Under the pieces are notes generated by a model. That model made no database searches, was not told the origin of the DNA, and saw only the letters and a list, made by a program, of their open reading frames with translations. A program made the position numbers and the translations under genes. From the NCBI RefSeq assembly GCF_018977255.1, contig NW_024704742.1, forward strand, positions 13,022,001-13,086,000: 64,000 bases of DNA, in the 5' to 3' direction. Source of the stretch: Callorhinchus milii (Eukaryota). Shown one piece after another: positions 50,465 to 63,175 of this stretch (positions are counted from its first letter, which is position 1; each line of letters starts with the position of its first letter).

Positions 50465-50945
50465 ATAATAATCCTTGCATTTTATATCGCGCCAAAAAAT
50501 GTCAAAGCATCTGAATTCACTTTATAGCGTCTTATCACATTGTCGAGACGTCTCAAACTGCTTTACAGAATATACTGTAAAGTGAATTGACTATATTTTG
50601 TGGGAGAAACTCAGCAACCATTTGACACAGCAGGTCCCACAAACAGTCATAGATTGAGTGACCCTATTATTACTTTTTTTTAAGAGAATATTACACCTGG
50701 AAAGCGATATGCCAATTGACCAGCAAATGGGTTAGGAACATAGGAACAGGAGTAGGCCATTCAGCCTTTCGAGCCTGTTCCGCCATTTAATTAGATCATG
50801 AATGATCTGTACTTCAAATAATCCTTTCAATTCCAATTTCCCGCTTTCTCCCCGTATCCCATAATACCCTGAAATACGAAAAATTTTCAATCAAGGGTTC
50901 CTACTTACTGCTAGGTAAACCGAGGCCTGTGCAGTAAGGAAATTT
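50465..50945 (-). mobile_element. tRNA-SINE (long subfamily) interrupted by a CR1 3' fragment (~50733-50893)
   Basis: SINE body resumes at gggttcctacttactgc after the insert aacataggaacaggagtaggccattcagcc. Confidence 0.75.
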
Positions 50946-52259
50946 CCTTACTCCTCGGGGAGAGGGAGGGGGGAGAGGAGGGAGTCCCCCAAAATAAAAC
51001 TCCCTTCTCTTTTCAAATTGTGTCACAGGATCTTTAACGACCAACTGAACAGAAGGGTAAGACCTTGATTAACATCTCATCAGAAGACGACATCTTCCAC
51101 ATTGCACAAAGAGCAAAGCTTCCGCAGCACTGAGTGTCAGCATGGGGTTTGAACCCACAATATTTTGGTCTGGAAGACTGTTCAGAGCAAATGTACTTTG
51201 GAAATTGGTTCTATCAGTTGGTGGCAATGAAATGTCCTCCCAATATGGAAAGTTATGCATTAATTGCAAAGAATATTACAATAAAATTTAAAAATTCAGT
51301 CTCAATTTGGAAACTGTTTTTCCACAGTCCTTAAAGAGAGCTGGATTTCAAATAATTGGAAAATTGATTTTGCACAGTTCTGTAAGTATGAAATTGTACG
51401 GCAAAAAGGTCTTGCAGGCTAAGACTAGGGGAACTTTGGGGCTTTCAGTTTGCTGCCAACCATTTCATTGTTTCAAGAGCGTATGATTGTGCTTATGTGT
51501 GATTGTTATGAGAACAGCATATGGTCATATTCTTCTACCTACTTAGTGACGGACAGTTCCGTTTAACGTGAGAAGTATGTTGGTCTTTATCTTGTGCTAT
51601 TGGCCTACAGGCTGTAGCATTGTCAGCAAGTATGCAAATGCCTTTCGTACATGGATTTGAAATTGACATGACAGCGTATCTGGAAATCTGTTTGAACACT
51701 GGGACTAAGTCAATGGAGGCTATAATAAGATTGTATCTAGCCTCCCATGTTCCATGAGTCATGGACTTTGTGTATAATTATTTGTACAAATTCTATCCAT
51801 TAAAATGACATTTGTAAATTATATAAATGGCATTTAGCCAAAATAGTGAGATGCAAATAGTCAGGTATAAATGCGTAATTGTAATGGGTGACTGGCTTGT
51901 ATATAGTGAAAGGCCATCCTTTCATTATTGCCACTGTCAATGCAAAATGATGATATAATCTGTTTGAGAGAAACAATTAACTCTGGCTGGCTGGTGGTGG
52001 GGGTGTTTGTTAGTTTGTCAGGAGTACCCTGCAAGGTCTATTTCTGAGTAATAATGGTGTGAATCTATTGGTCTACTAATGCGTTTACTCTGAAGTAGTC
52101 ATTATTTCAGAATAATAACAAAGTCAATTGTGGGACCAAATTTATCATGCAAGTGCTAGAGTAAAGGAGATTTTCAACCTACCTAGCAACCATGCTAATT
52201 TGCATTGCATTGCGGACGACAACAATAATTATATCAATCTTTACATTTGATATATCGCT

Positions 52260-52760
52260 TCTGTCTCCACACTATAGGAAGGATATAATAGTACAGCATA
52301 GGTTTACAATGATGATATCAGGGCTGGCAGGTACTGCTATCAGGTTTGACTGGATAGATTAGGTCTTTTTTCTTTGGAGAAGAGACACTTTAAAGGGGTC
52401 TAAGTGTTTAAAATTATAAAAAGATTTGATAAGGTTAACATAAACAGGCTGTTTCCACCGATTGGAGAGTCCGTAACCAGGGGACACAAATATGATAGTG
52501 ACCAGAGGATCTAAAAATGAATTTAGGAGGAACTATTTCACACAGAGGGAAGTGACATTGTGGAACTGGCTGCCTGAAGTGTGGTTGAATCAGATAGAGT
52601 TAATGCATTTAAGAGGAAGCTAGACCTGCACATGAGGGTGAGGGGAATAGAAGGGTACAGGAGAGAGTAAGGAATGGGTGAAGACTTGTGTGGAGTATAA
52701 ACACCGGCATGGACTGGTTGGATTGAATGGCCTGTGCTGTACATTCTTTGTAATATTTCA
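52260..52760 (+). mobile_element. Old CR1 3' fragment
   Basis: LGLFSLEKRH..FKIIKRFD..LFPPIGESVTRGH..NAFKRKLD remnants. Confidence 0.8.
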
Positions 52761-52807
52761 TATCAGGAGGACATCTCAATAAGTTTGACCGGATTTATTG
52801 TGTATTT

Positions 52808-52915
52808 TCACAAATATACAGTCAATTCACTTTACAGTATATTCTGTGAAGCGCTTGAGATGTCTAGAAGACGTGAAAAGTGTTATATCAAATGCAAGGA
52901 TTATTATTATTATTT
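52808..52915 (+). mobile_element. tRNA-SINE 3' fragment
   Basis: Family tail plus (TTA)n. Confidence 0.8.
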
Positions 52916-53014
52916 TATAGGTGGTGGTAGGGGTTGGGAAATGATTGCAGAATAATAATCAATAGTAACTGTATTTGTAGGCATACTCGGCACTCAATTT
53001 GCATATAACAATGT

Positions 53015-53270
53015 TCATCCTACAAACAGCTATGAAGTGAATGACCATTTTTATGTAGCTGAAGGATTGTTCACCGGGGCAATCTCTCTTCTCTTTTCAA
53101 AGAGTACTGTGGGAGCTTTCACATCCAACTAAAGAAGGAGACAGGACCTCAGCTTACTACCATATCTGAAGGACATCACATCTGTCAAAATAGTGCTTCT
53201 CCAGCACTAAAGTGTCAGTGTAGATTGTAAGCTCAAAGTCCCAATGTGCGACTTGAACTCACAACCTGCC
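53015..53270 (-). mobile_element. Old SINE (Deu-SINE-like)
   Basis: Same motif chain as 6122-6410. Confidence 0.5.
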
Positions 53271-54179
53271 CCAGTTGTGATGGGGATTTTGTATTTCACA
53301 AAGCATTAACTGCTGCAATTTTTATCCAGTACTTTTAGTTTTGATTTCCAGCATCTGAAGGGTGTAAGTCAATTAGAACAGGTCTGAATTTGAGTGTTCA
53401 TTCTAATATTTGCTTCCTGTGCTTGTAGGGGTAAATTGCAGGGGACAATATTTGCTTCCTTCACTCTGGGATGTTAAAGGCACTAAGTAATTACCGTTCC
53501 CACATGAAGGGTGCTATATAAATGCAAGTTGTTGTTTTTATAATGTGGAGGTGGGATGTATGGAATTCTCAGTTTGGTTTGGATACTTTTAAGCATGGTG
53601 ATGGGTTTCTGCATGTGTCGGACACCTCTGACCAAAAAAAGTTGTGGTTATTTGTCTTAGTGTTTTATTGATGTTTTGCTCAACTTCCAGTCAGATGAAA
53701 CTAGTGTTACACTGATGCTTCAACACTGACTGATAATCTTGTATGTGTCGTCCTCATGTGCTATAATGGAGTCATCATCCACAGCACAAAATCCATTGCT
53801 GCAGCAGAGTTGCTTGCAAGTCATGTCAAGTTATAAACTATTGTTAATTCCCTAACACAACCCAAGCAATGAGGTTTCCTTAATATGGAATGGAATCTTG
53901 CAGCTTTATCAGTTTAACAAGAATATTGATCTTTAAATGAAAATGAAATCTTAATGCTCTGATGTAGAGACTGTACATCGAAGGTCCTTCATCCAAACAT
54001 ATTTGTGATCTCGTGAGGAGAACTTACTATTTTTCAGGCTCTATTGAATAGACTGAATCATAAAGGAGAATAAAGGTCATGCCTGGGTGTCATTTACTTT
54101 TCATCTGTTGCTAATTCTAATACCCCCAAACATTTAGAACACAGTTCCAACCAAGACAGATAATTTTTTTTCTCAACAT

Positions 54180-54560
54180 GAGGAATCCTGTAGCATATTG
54201 ATTAGAGCATTCGCCTCTCAAGCGAGAGGACCTGGGTTTGATTGTTGGGCAGGGCAAAACATTGGGCAAGTTTGCTTACTCCACAGGTCTCTGTTTACCT
54301 GGGAGTCAATAGGAACAAGATTGTTAGTCGATTGGCGGATCGCTTTTCTGAAGCCAATGATCCCTTCAAAATAAATAAATAGATAATAATAATTTGGTCA
54401 CTTCAATCCACGACTGTTTGTGGGACACTGCTGTGTGCAATTGGCTGCTGCATTTCGCCCACGAAATATACAGTCAATTCACTTCACAGTATATTCAGTG
54501 AAGCGCTTTGAGATGTCTCGAAGACATAAGACACTGTATCAAATGCAAGGATTATTATTT
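54180..54560 (+). mobile_element. tRNA-SINE, long subfamily, full length, diverged
   Basis: Head, 'ggcggatcgc' body segment, tail. Confidence 0.85.
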
Positions 54561-56117
54561 TTTCTTTATACAGATTACCAGGAAGGATGGTTGACTTTAG
54601 GACCTTGGACTCATTTGAGGAATGGCTTGCTGCTATAATTTGAAGATGGACAAATTGTTATTAAGGTTAAGATCAAGTGGGATGATTTCAGTGTTGAGAT
54701 TTGTGCATGAGGTGAGAGTACAAAGCATTGCATTGTTTTCCGATTTTCTTCATGGTAAGTAACTTTTTTTTATTGAAGAGATTAAAAAATATTAAGATCT
54801 AAAAACAGCAAATTACAAAAAAAAGACACAATAAGAGAGTGCTTCCACTGCATTAAACTGGGGAAGCAAATAACACATGAGGGCGCAACGGGTCATTAAA
54901 CCTCACCAACAATGTGAAAGAAAACTATTGAACCAGAAAGCAATAATTCATACAGATAAACATTATCAACCGTCATCAAGCTAATATTATCTGATACTCC
55001 ATGGCACATAGTGACTGCTAACTGCGGTTGTATATTTTCAAGACAACATGTAAGCAGAGGTGCTCTCTCTGTGTGACCTTACATTTATACTGATACATTA
55101 CTGTTTTGCACAGAACCACACAGAAGACCAAACCCAAAAAACAACATAGAATTGCCCCAAACGTAATTGTGTTCAATTCAAATATCATACAAGCTTTAGT
55201 GAGACATTTACTGCTTGGGTGCCATACACACTGTTCGGGTTCTAATATCTTTCCATGGATTCTCGCTGGGGTTATTCCAGACAGGAATGTAATGGTGCTG
55301 TGGGCAAAGGGGGTATTGGTGTTTGAGTTGTGATACAGTAGTGATGAGGTGAAAGTCTCAGGCAATATAAAAGTCTGGAATTGTGTTGGATGAAATTCAC
55401 GATCTCTCTGGATATGTGATTTGTTTCTTCAGCACCAAATGGAATCTGAGTTATCACTATACTCGAGATATTGACAGTACTTGGCCATAAGGTACATTTA
55501 TTCCATCTGCTTCACTATGATACCAGAGTCTCTCTACTTGCTTTTTGGCTCTAGTCTTGATGGCTGGACACTGTCATTCTTTGTCCATTTAACAGACAAG
55601 AGTCGCATTCTGAATTTAGACCTTCAATCTGCTACTCTCTCAAAGTGTGGCTCTAATTCTCTGAAACGTACACTATCACATTGCTTTAGCGTATGTGTTT
55701 AAACCAGTTACTAAAAACAAACAGCTGTCACATATCAACAGGAAGATTCTTATAAATGCTCCTTGCTTTAGAAGCTGAAAAGTGTGCACTTTAATAAATA
55801 AAATTCTACAAAACTCCAGCTGTCTCTTCATGTTCAGGATAGTTTGAAGCAGTTCTGAGCTTAATGGTCTATGTACTCAGTAGCAGATTCTTGCGATCCA
55901 GGGTCAATAGGTAGAAACTTTCTTCCATTCTCGTGCTGGTGTCCATTCCGAAGAAGAGCCAGGCTACAAAAGAGAGTTTTAAATTGTTAAACAAATAAAT
56001 ACACAACATCCTTTAAAATCATTTCCCTTGGTAAACCCAACACTTATTAACAAGTACTTACAGTTTTAGAATAAAGAAATGCATAATTTTAGGAAATGCA
56101 TGTAGTCAGTCTATTCT

Positions 56118-56610
56118 ACAACAACAACAAATTGTATTTATATAGCGTCTTTTACATCAAGAGGACATCTCAAGGTGTTGGACAGTGAAGGGTTTGCACA
56201 CGAGTTGGGGGTTTGAATCAAGAGAGGTGGAGGTCAAAGGCGTGTGGGGTTGGGAAGGTGATTGAAAGCAAAGTTAAAGATGAAGTTCTTGAGGCGGGCC
56301 TTGAAGGAAGAAGAGCACTGAAGAGAGCCTGCGAGGTGGAGGGGCTCCAGGATGGAGTTCCAAAGGATGGGGCAGATTGGCTGAAAGCTGACCATTGATG
56401 GTGGAGTGGGCAGGGCAAGAGACGTGGAGCAGAGAGAACGGATAGGTTGGTAAAGGTTTAATGGGTCACAAACGTAGGGAGGGGCAAGAATGCAGAGGGC
56501 TTTAAAGAGGAGGATCGTGAACTTGATCCTCTGGTGGATGGGGAACCAGTGAAGCCGGGCCAGGGTCGGGATGATCGGGTCGCGGAGCCTAGTGTGGGAG
56601 AGGAGACGCC
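56118..56610 (-). mobile_element. Old L2 3' fragment
   Basis: (CAA)n end, tail, reverse complement of the LARLHWFPI-type region. Confidence 0.75.
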
Positions 56611-58551
56611 ATTATTTTATTCACTCGGTTGTTTAGATCATAACTCAGGATTTTCACAGTGAAATAGAATAATGGCTTATCTGAACTGGCTCACTGTGAA
56701 ACAGCACTCAAACGCCTGCTCTGGGTTAAAAAAGAATTGTATGGTGAAAAAATAGTTTGGAAAGAGTCTATGGACGAAATCACTGTGTCAAGGGAGGGGG
56801 GAGAATGAGAGTGAAGTGTTCACCCCAGACTTATCGTTACTTAAAGGCAGATTTAGATTGCACTTTGCAGCCTGCTGATAATCCAATAAGAAACTAGGGA
56901 TTAGAAATTCCATTCCACCTGGATCTAGATTTATTTTATGTAGCATTTCAGATTGTCCAGAATTTGAAAATTCTCAAATCAACCTAAATTCCGAAACCGT
57001 TTACCTTAAATTTATTTTAAAAAACACAGAAAACCAGCCTCAGAGATATCACTGAATTTACTATTTTAGCAAATTCTGCACGCTCTATGTGCTAAGAAAA
57101 GAAATGGGGCTAGCTGGAATTTCTTTCCAGACATTTGTCAAGGAACAGAATGTGAATAGGAATATGACAATTTTCTCCTCTTTATTCCACCTTCTGTATA
57201 TACCTATTATTTCCAAATCGTTTGGTTTACTTGCACTGAAGAAAAACACAATTAATGGGCAGATGGGTGAAAGAGATAGCCCACTTCTATAGGAAACAAC
57301 AACAGAAGCAGATGATGTGCCATGTTTGTTCAGCTATTATGTTTGCATTCAACGCATTTCCCCAGGCCGAAACAGCAGAACGTTAAGTAAACTGATCGCT
57401 AAGTCCCAAACACTGCACAAGATCATTCATTAACACATATTAACTAGATAGCATTGGGGCTTTTGAATTATGATGACTACTGAATTATGTCCAAGAAGGA
57501 ATTGGGAACTGCCACACTTTAAAAAGCTCACGGGAGATCAATAAAATATTGTAGTAATAAAAAGAGCAAACGAATGTACCATAAAACATTGAAAACATGG
57601 CATATGTTATCAAGTGGTCCATATTATTGATTTGTTCATGGACATTATCTATCACACTCCAAACAGGCTAGGCAGGTGGATGAATTGTATGTACAGGGCT
57701 CATTTGGCCGGCAGATTGTAATTAATTCTATTTGCTCTGAAGCTACGAGCTAACATTACTACAACAATTTTGTTGTAATTGTAACAAGAACCCAAGCCCA
57801 TCATCATCATGATCATTTAAGGAGCAAAGAGCAAACTTGTAACACTATATGCCTCCCGTCACTGAGTTCCTGAAGGGGAAGGAACTTGGTTGTTTAAGGT
57901 GAAAAGACATGCTGGAGGGGGAGGGAGGAAGGAATTATGCTGATGTCATGTAGCAGGACTTGGACAGAGCAGTGTCAGAACTCACCTTTCACCTCTGGAA
58001 CCATAGGGTGGCAATTTGGATCAGTGAAACATCTCTCTCTTTGACCCTGCTTCAAGCCAAATAAAATTGTCTGTTTGTAGGACATTGCTGTATATTTTGT
58101 GGGCTGCCGGGTTTCGCCCACAAAATACACAGTCAATCCACTTTACAGTATATCCTTTGAGATATCTCCACAACATGATAAGGTGCTACTATATACCAAA
58201 TGAAAGGATCATTTAAATACAAGGATTAAATAGCACCTTTCACATTGGGTGAATATCTTAAAGTGCTTCCCAAAGAGTGGTTGGGAGATCAAACTGAGAG
58301 GGAACTGGAGGAGGGAAGATGGCTGAATCAAAGAGGTAGGTCTTTAGCTGGGATTTGAACAACAACAACTTGCACTTATAATAGCACCCACCATGCAGGA
58401 CAGTGTCTCTGAGGGCTTAAATTTGAAAGCAGAGAGTTAAGCGATGAGGCAGTGGGATTTTGGGAGACAGTGGCAGAGGGAGGTGACAAAATAATTTAAG
58501 GCTATCCCACAAGGGGGGGTGGAGCATATAGAGGGCATAAAGCAGACTTAC

Positions 58552-58849
58552 CAGGGCTGGATGAAAGGATTTGGGGATGCCAAGCCAGATCATGTTTGGG
58601 GTCCTTTTGTACTATGCATGCAACCGGACGGGGGGCTGGGTTGGGGGGTGGGTGCCATGGGCCATTAGTGGTGGCACCTTCCCACGCTCTCTACGCTGTC
58701 TTTCACGAGATTGTACAAGGTACAAGTGGCACAGAGAATTATGGGTTGTTGTTGAAGAGAGGTGGAGCGGGAGGTAAAGGCACCAACCATATCTGGGGAC
58801 CCCTCAGACCTCGGAGCCCTTACCTGTTTTATTGGTTAATCTGGCCCTG
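58552..58849. mobile_element. hAT (Tip100-like) non-autonomous element / MITE
   Basis: Imperfect terminal inverted repeats CAGGGCTGGAT...ATCTGGCCCTG; no clean 8-bp TSD. Confidence 0.5.
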
Positions 58850-59059
58850 AGGCCGGCATTATCTAAAATGCTTGATGAGTTGATTCCCAGGTTTTTTTTG
58901 GTCTTTATAGTGTCATTTTGTATTTCCAGAGAGAGGTACTTAAACTAGTGCATGCACTGGAATCTCTTCCCACCCTCAAATGTTACAGTTACACAATGAC
59001 TTACTGATATGAGATAACTACAGGTGGAGAGCTCCCCTGCAGTTGGCAGCATGGAGCAG

Positions 59060-59375
59060 TAATAATAATAATAATAATAATAATCCTTGCATTTGATATA
59101 GCACTTTTCACATCTTCTCGACATCTGAAAGCACTTCACAGAATAGACTGTAAAGTGAATTGACCGTATATTTGTGGGCAAAATGCAGCAGCCAATTGCA
59201 CACAGCAGTGTCCCATAAATTCGTGAATTGAGTGACCACATTATTATTATTATTTTTTTCTTAAGGGATTATTATCAGGCGTGTGGAGTAGGGATTTCAA
59301 GACTTTACCAGGAATTGAACCCAGGTCTCTCGCTTGCAAAGCGAGTACTCTAACCACTGAGCTACAGGACTTCAC
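59060..59375 (-). mobile_element. tRNA-SINE, full length
   Basis: (AAT)n tail through to the head. Confidence 0.88.
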
Positions 59376-59414
59376 AGTACTGCCTCCAGCATTTGGTGCA
59401 CCTTATAGCTCAAC

Positions 59415-59522
59415 TGGGTCAGGTTCGGGACTGGGATCAGGGCTGGCATTGGGGTCAGGGCTGGGGTCAGGGTTGGGTTCAGGCGAGGCTGAGAACTGGG
59501 GGTGGGGTCAGGGCTGGGGCCG
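59415..59522. repeat. G-rich 12-bp tandem repeat (gggtcagggctg)
   Basis: Degenerate tandem units visible directly. Confidence 0.75.
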
Positions 59523-60695
59523 GCGCTGAAGCAGGGGAAGCATGAGATTGATGGGAGAAAACTCTTCTCTTTTCTAATATTGTCATGGGATCTTTAACAT
59601 CTACCTGAAAAACAAGCAGACCTCTTTTAGTATTTCAAAATAAATGAGATGAAGATTCTACTTTGATGTAAATTATGCATTAAAAAATCACCAATTTTAC
59701 TTGGGGCATTGTTGGCTAGAACACAAGGAGAGAGAAACTCCCTCCACTTTTTGAACAGTGCCATGCGATCTTTAACGTCCACCTGAATGGGCAGACAGGA
59801 CCTCAGTTTAACATCTCAACTGAACGATGCAACAAATTCCCTTTTTAAATACTCCAATTCATTCTACGCCAACATTCACGCCTGCAAACCTATTGCATAT
59901 TCCAATAGCTCTCTGAATTCCCTCTGAATCACTCACACATGCACATTGCATGGCTGAGTTACTGAAGGTTGACCCTTCTGCATACCTAGAGATAAGGCAA
60001 GGACTTTGAAGGAAAAAGTGACATCTTACCAGAGTTACTTCGTGGGACAGTCTTTCTTTAAGTATATAGCTTTTGGTTTAAGGGCAAATGTTCTAATAAT
60101 AAATCCAGCTGGAGATGAACGAGGCTCATGAAAAGATCATCAGTAATGGAAAGGGTCAAAGCAGAGAGATCCATCAGAGCAGCATAATGAATTAATAATA
60201 ACCATATTTCAAAATAACCTTGCCCTCGTTAACTTGAGAGTAACCCTGCATTTTGTTAACCCTGCCTTGTGTTCATTTTTTTTACTTTAACAGGAATCTT
60301 ACAGCCTTGTTCCGTAATTGCTATAAAGAGATTGATAGCACTGAAGTGGAGTGTCAGTCTAGACCAGGGGGCTCCAAACGGTCAATCACCACTAGGTGGC
60401 TTAATAAAAACAAAAAGGAGCAATATTTACTGCAGTTTAAACACTAAAGTTCATATTTTTATTTTGAGATACATGTGTATCTGACTTCATTTTCAGTTGG
60501 ACTCAATAACATCACAGTTTTATCCCTCCTCCTTCCTTTGATCATGAGTGAGAACTCTATTTATCGGTAATCGAACGATTGGAGACCCCTGAGCAAGATT
60601 ATGAGCTCAAAGTTCCAACATGAATCCGCAACCTTCAGACCCTGAGGTGAGAATGCTACTGACTGTGTTAAACTGACACCTATGCAGGTGAAATG

Positions 60696-61067
60696 TGGAG
60701 TCTTGTAGCTCAGTGGTTAGAGCACTCACCTCGCAATTGAGAGAACTGGGTTCGATTCCCAGCAGGGCGAAATGTTGGGCAAGTTTCCTTACTCCACAAT
60801 TCTCTGTTTACCTAGCAGTAAGTAGGAACCTGGTTGTTAGTCAATTGGCAGGTTGCTCTTCAGGGGATAATAATCCCTTCAAAATAAATAAATAATTTGT
60901 CACTCAATCCACCACTGTTTTTGGAACACTGCTGTGAGCAATTGGCTGCCACGTTTCGCCCACAAAATACAGTCAATCCACTTTACAGTGTATTCTGTGA
61001 AGCGCTTTGAGACGTCTCAAAGACGTGATGAGATGCATTATCAAATGCAAGGATTATTATTATTATC
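60696..61067 (+). mobile_element. tRNA-SINE, long subfamily, full length
   Basis: A box TAGCTCAGTGG, B box GGTTCGATTCC, body, tail. Confidence 0.9.
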
Positions 61068-61079
61068 ATTTTAGTTAGT

Positions 61080-61250
61080 GGGCTAACACGGCAGCCAATT
61101 ACGCACAGCGGTGACCCACAAACAGTTGTGGATTGAGTGACCAAATTATTATATTTTTTGAAGGGATTATTACCCCTGGAAACATGAACCGCCAATCAAC
61201 CAACAACCAGGTTCTTCCTTAATGTTGGTAAACAGAGGTGTGTGGAGCAT
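61080..61250 (-). mobile_element. tRNA-SINE body fragment, inverted relative to the adjacent copy
   Basis: Reverse complement of body 60785-60960. Confidence 0.8.
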
Positions 61251-61469
61251 CGAGCAATGTAGCCCAGCATCCTATTTGCTTTGTACATAGTGCGTAATGA
61301 GTCAACTAACACCCCTTGATCTCTTACACTTTCTCCTTCAGGTGCCTAGAAGTTATATAGTGCTCTGGTCATGCCACAGCTAGAGTATTGCAAAAACTGT
61401 AGTTCTAGTTGATGCAACATAAGGGGCTGCCCAGACCCTGGAGGCAGTGCAGGAGGAGGGCAATAGGAC

Positions 61470-61680
61470 AATAATAATAATACTCCTTACATTTGATATA
61501 GCTCATTATCACATCTTCAAGATGTCTCAAAGCACGTCACAGAATATACTGTAAAGTGAATTGACTGTGTATTTTGCGCACAGCAGTGTCCCACAAACAG
61601 TCGTGGATCCATTGTAATAATAATATTATTCTTTTTTTTGAAAGAATTATTACCTCTGGAAAAGCAATCTTTTCCGATAG
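61470..61680 (-). mobile_element. tRNA-SINE 3' half
   Basis: Tail and body motifs. Confidence 0.8.
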
Positions 61681-61829
61681 CCATACCCCGCTGTGATGTC
61701 TTACTCCAAGACTGAAGAACCCGAGCTTGTCTAAGTGTTGGTCACTGCTCATTCCTCTAACGCTGGGGATTGTTAGAGAGGGGAATCCTGAAGCTCAGTG
61801 GTTAGAGCACTCGCCTTGCAAGCGAGTGT

Positions 61830-62023
61830 TGAATCAGGCTGACGTCAGAAATGTACAGATCGGCAAATTTTCAAACACGCATGTGCGGCAACCACAGCAA
61901 TACTGACGAGGACGTTAATTATAAATGAGTTTATCAAAGAAGCGGAAAGTGGACGCTGAAGGCAGAATATTCAACAAAGAATCGACGTCTAAATATTTTT
62001 TTACCAGTGTGGGTGGAAAATAA
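61830..62023 (+). mobile_element. hAT-Charlie (GTF2IRD2/EPM2AIP1-like) transposase N-terminal fragment
   Basis: ATG at 61925: MSLSKKRKVDAEGRIFNKESTSKYFFTSVGGK*, matching the KRKVDxExRxF..W..YFF start of this transposase group. Confidence 0.7.
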
Positions 62024-62654
62024 AACACATAAAATAAATAAAATAAAAATAAATTAAAAAATAAAATAAAGAAAATAAAAGCATATATCTGCTTACCCTT
62101 CTCAATGAAATGAACCTTGCTCCACAGTGTGTGGAGGAAGACTGCAGGATTGTTTAATAACCTGTCACCATCCTTAAATAAACAGCTTTACTAAACCAAG
62201 TTCTTCCAAAGCTTTCTAAGCAGGGATTCTGGGTATGTGTTGAAGGCGCTGGGAGTGAGAATGTGACCTAGTTACATGCATTTTGTATATTCTGCTCTTC
62301 GCCTATCAGTGTGTTTGAAATACCACAGAACATAATTAAACAATTATTGGCAAAGAAATATAATCAGGAAACAGATATGAAACAGATGTACAGTTGCACT
62401 GAATGCTGAATTAACACAGCACAAACTATATAGAGAAGGTAACTCTAGTTGTATATAATGTAGAACTGAGATAGAAATAGTGAGATAAAGAGAAAATAAC
62501 AAACACAAAAGAAGGGACCGAGCATGCAAGTTACCAACAGAGAAAGAGAACAAGAAGTGCAAAAACATGTAAATGATATATAGGTGGTAAAATTGTGATA
62601 TTCTTAATGCATTCCTGAAATTAGTCTTGGTGTTAAATTAACTTCATGGTAGGT

Positions 62655-62850
62655 GTCAGCCTGGCTCTTAACTTTGAATTGTTGGTTCAAACTCACATCA
62701 GGACTTTGAATTCACAGTCTAGTCTGACAGTCCAGTACAGAGCTAAGAGTGTCATCCTTCAGATGAGACATTAAACTGAGGTCTCGTCTGCCTTTCAGTT
62801 GGGTTAATTACCCATGCTACTACTCGAAAAGAGAAAGCAGTTTCTCCTGC
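62655..62850 (+). mobile_element. Old SINE (Deu-SINE-like)
   Basis: tctagtctgacagtccagtacag...gtcatccttcagatgagacattaaactgagg. Confidence 0.55.
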
Positions 62851-63039
62851 TGTTTGAGTCAGCAATAAAAACTAATCTGTCGCTTCAAAATTATTGAGGC
62901 AACAGATTAGCTGGACTAGGAAAAGTCCAAGATGGCGATGGATCAATTTGAAAATTGGAGCCAGGATTTGGGAGAGGGGGAACATTGCATCCAGTGGACA
63001 ATTTGGGTATTACAGCAGGCCACATGCTCATTTAAGGAA

Positions 63040-63175
63040 AAGGCAAAATACTGCAGATGCTGAAAATACTGCAGATGTCTGACGAAAGGTCATCAACCTG
63101 AAATGTTAACTCATTTTCCTCTTTCCATAGATGCTGCCTGATTTAATGTTTGTTCCCAGTGACTTCTGTTTTTAG
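63040..63175 (+). mobile_element. Penelope-type terminal-repeat fragment with a degenerate minimal hammerhead ribozyme core
   Basis: aaatactgcagatgctg...CTGACGA-A-AGGT-catca-ACCT-GAAA-TGTTAAC...agatgctgcctga. Confidence 0.6.

Noticed and set aside
55018..55365. 115-aa ORF with a hydrophobic stretch
   Set aside because: Non-ATG start, no recognisable homology or splice context; length is compatible with chance.
56645..56705. Hairpin TTCACAGTGA...TCACTGTGAA resembling miR-27/miR-128 seeds
   Set aside because: Only ~10-11 bp pair well, the interior pairs poorly, and the seed-like sequence is on the wrong arm with a non-matching remainder.
59281..59529. Gly/Ser-repeat ORF (GSGLGSG)
   Set aside because: Translation of a 12-bp tandem repeat fused to a SINE.
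46990..62170. Scattered minus-strand exon-like segments (about 47018-47055, 50305-50344, 55800-55963, 60030-60110, 62097-62161)
   Set aside because: Plausible AG/GT signals, but no consistent reading frame or recognisable protein. A lncRNA cannot be excluded without RNA data.
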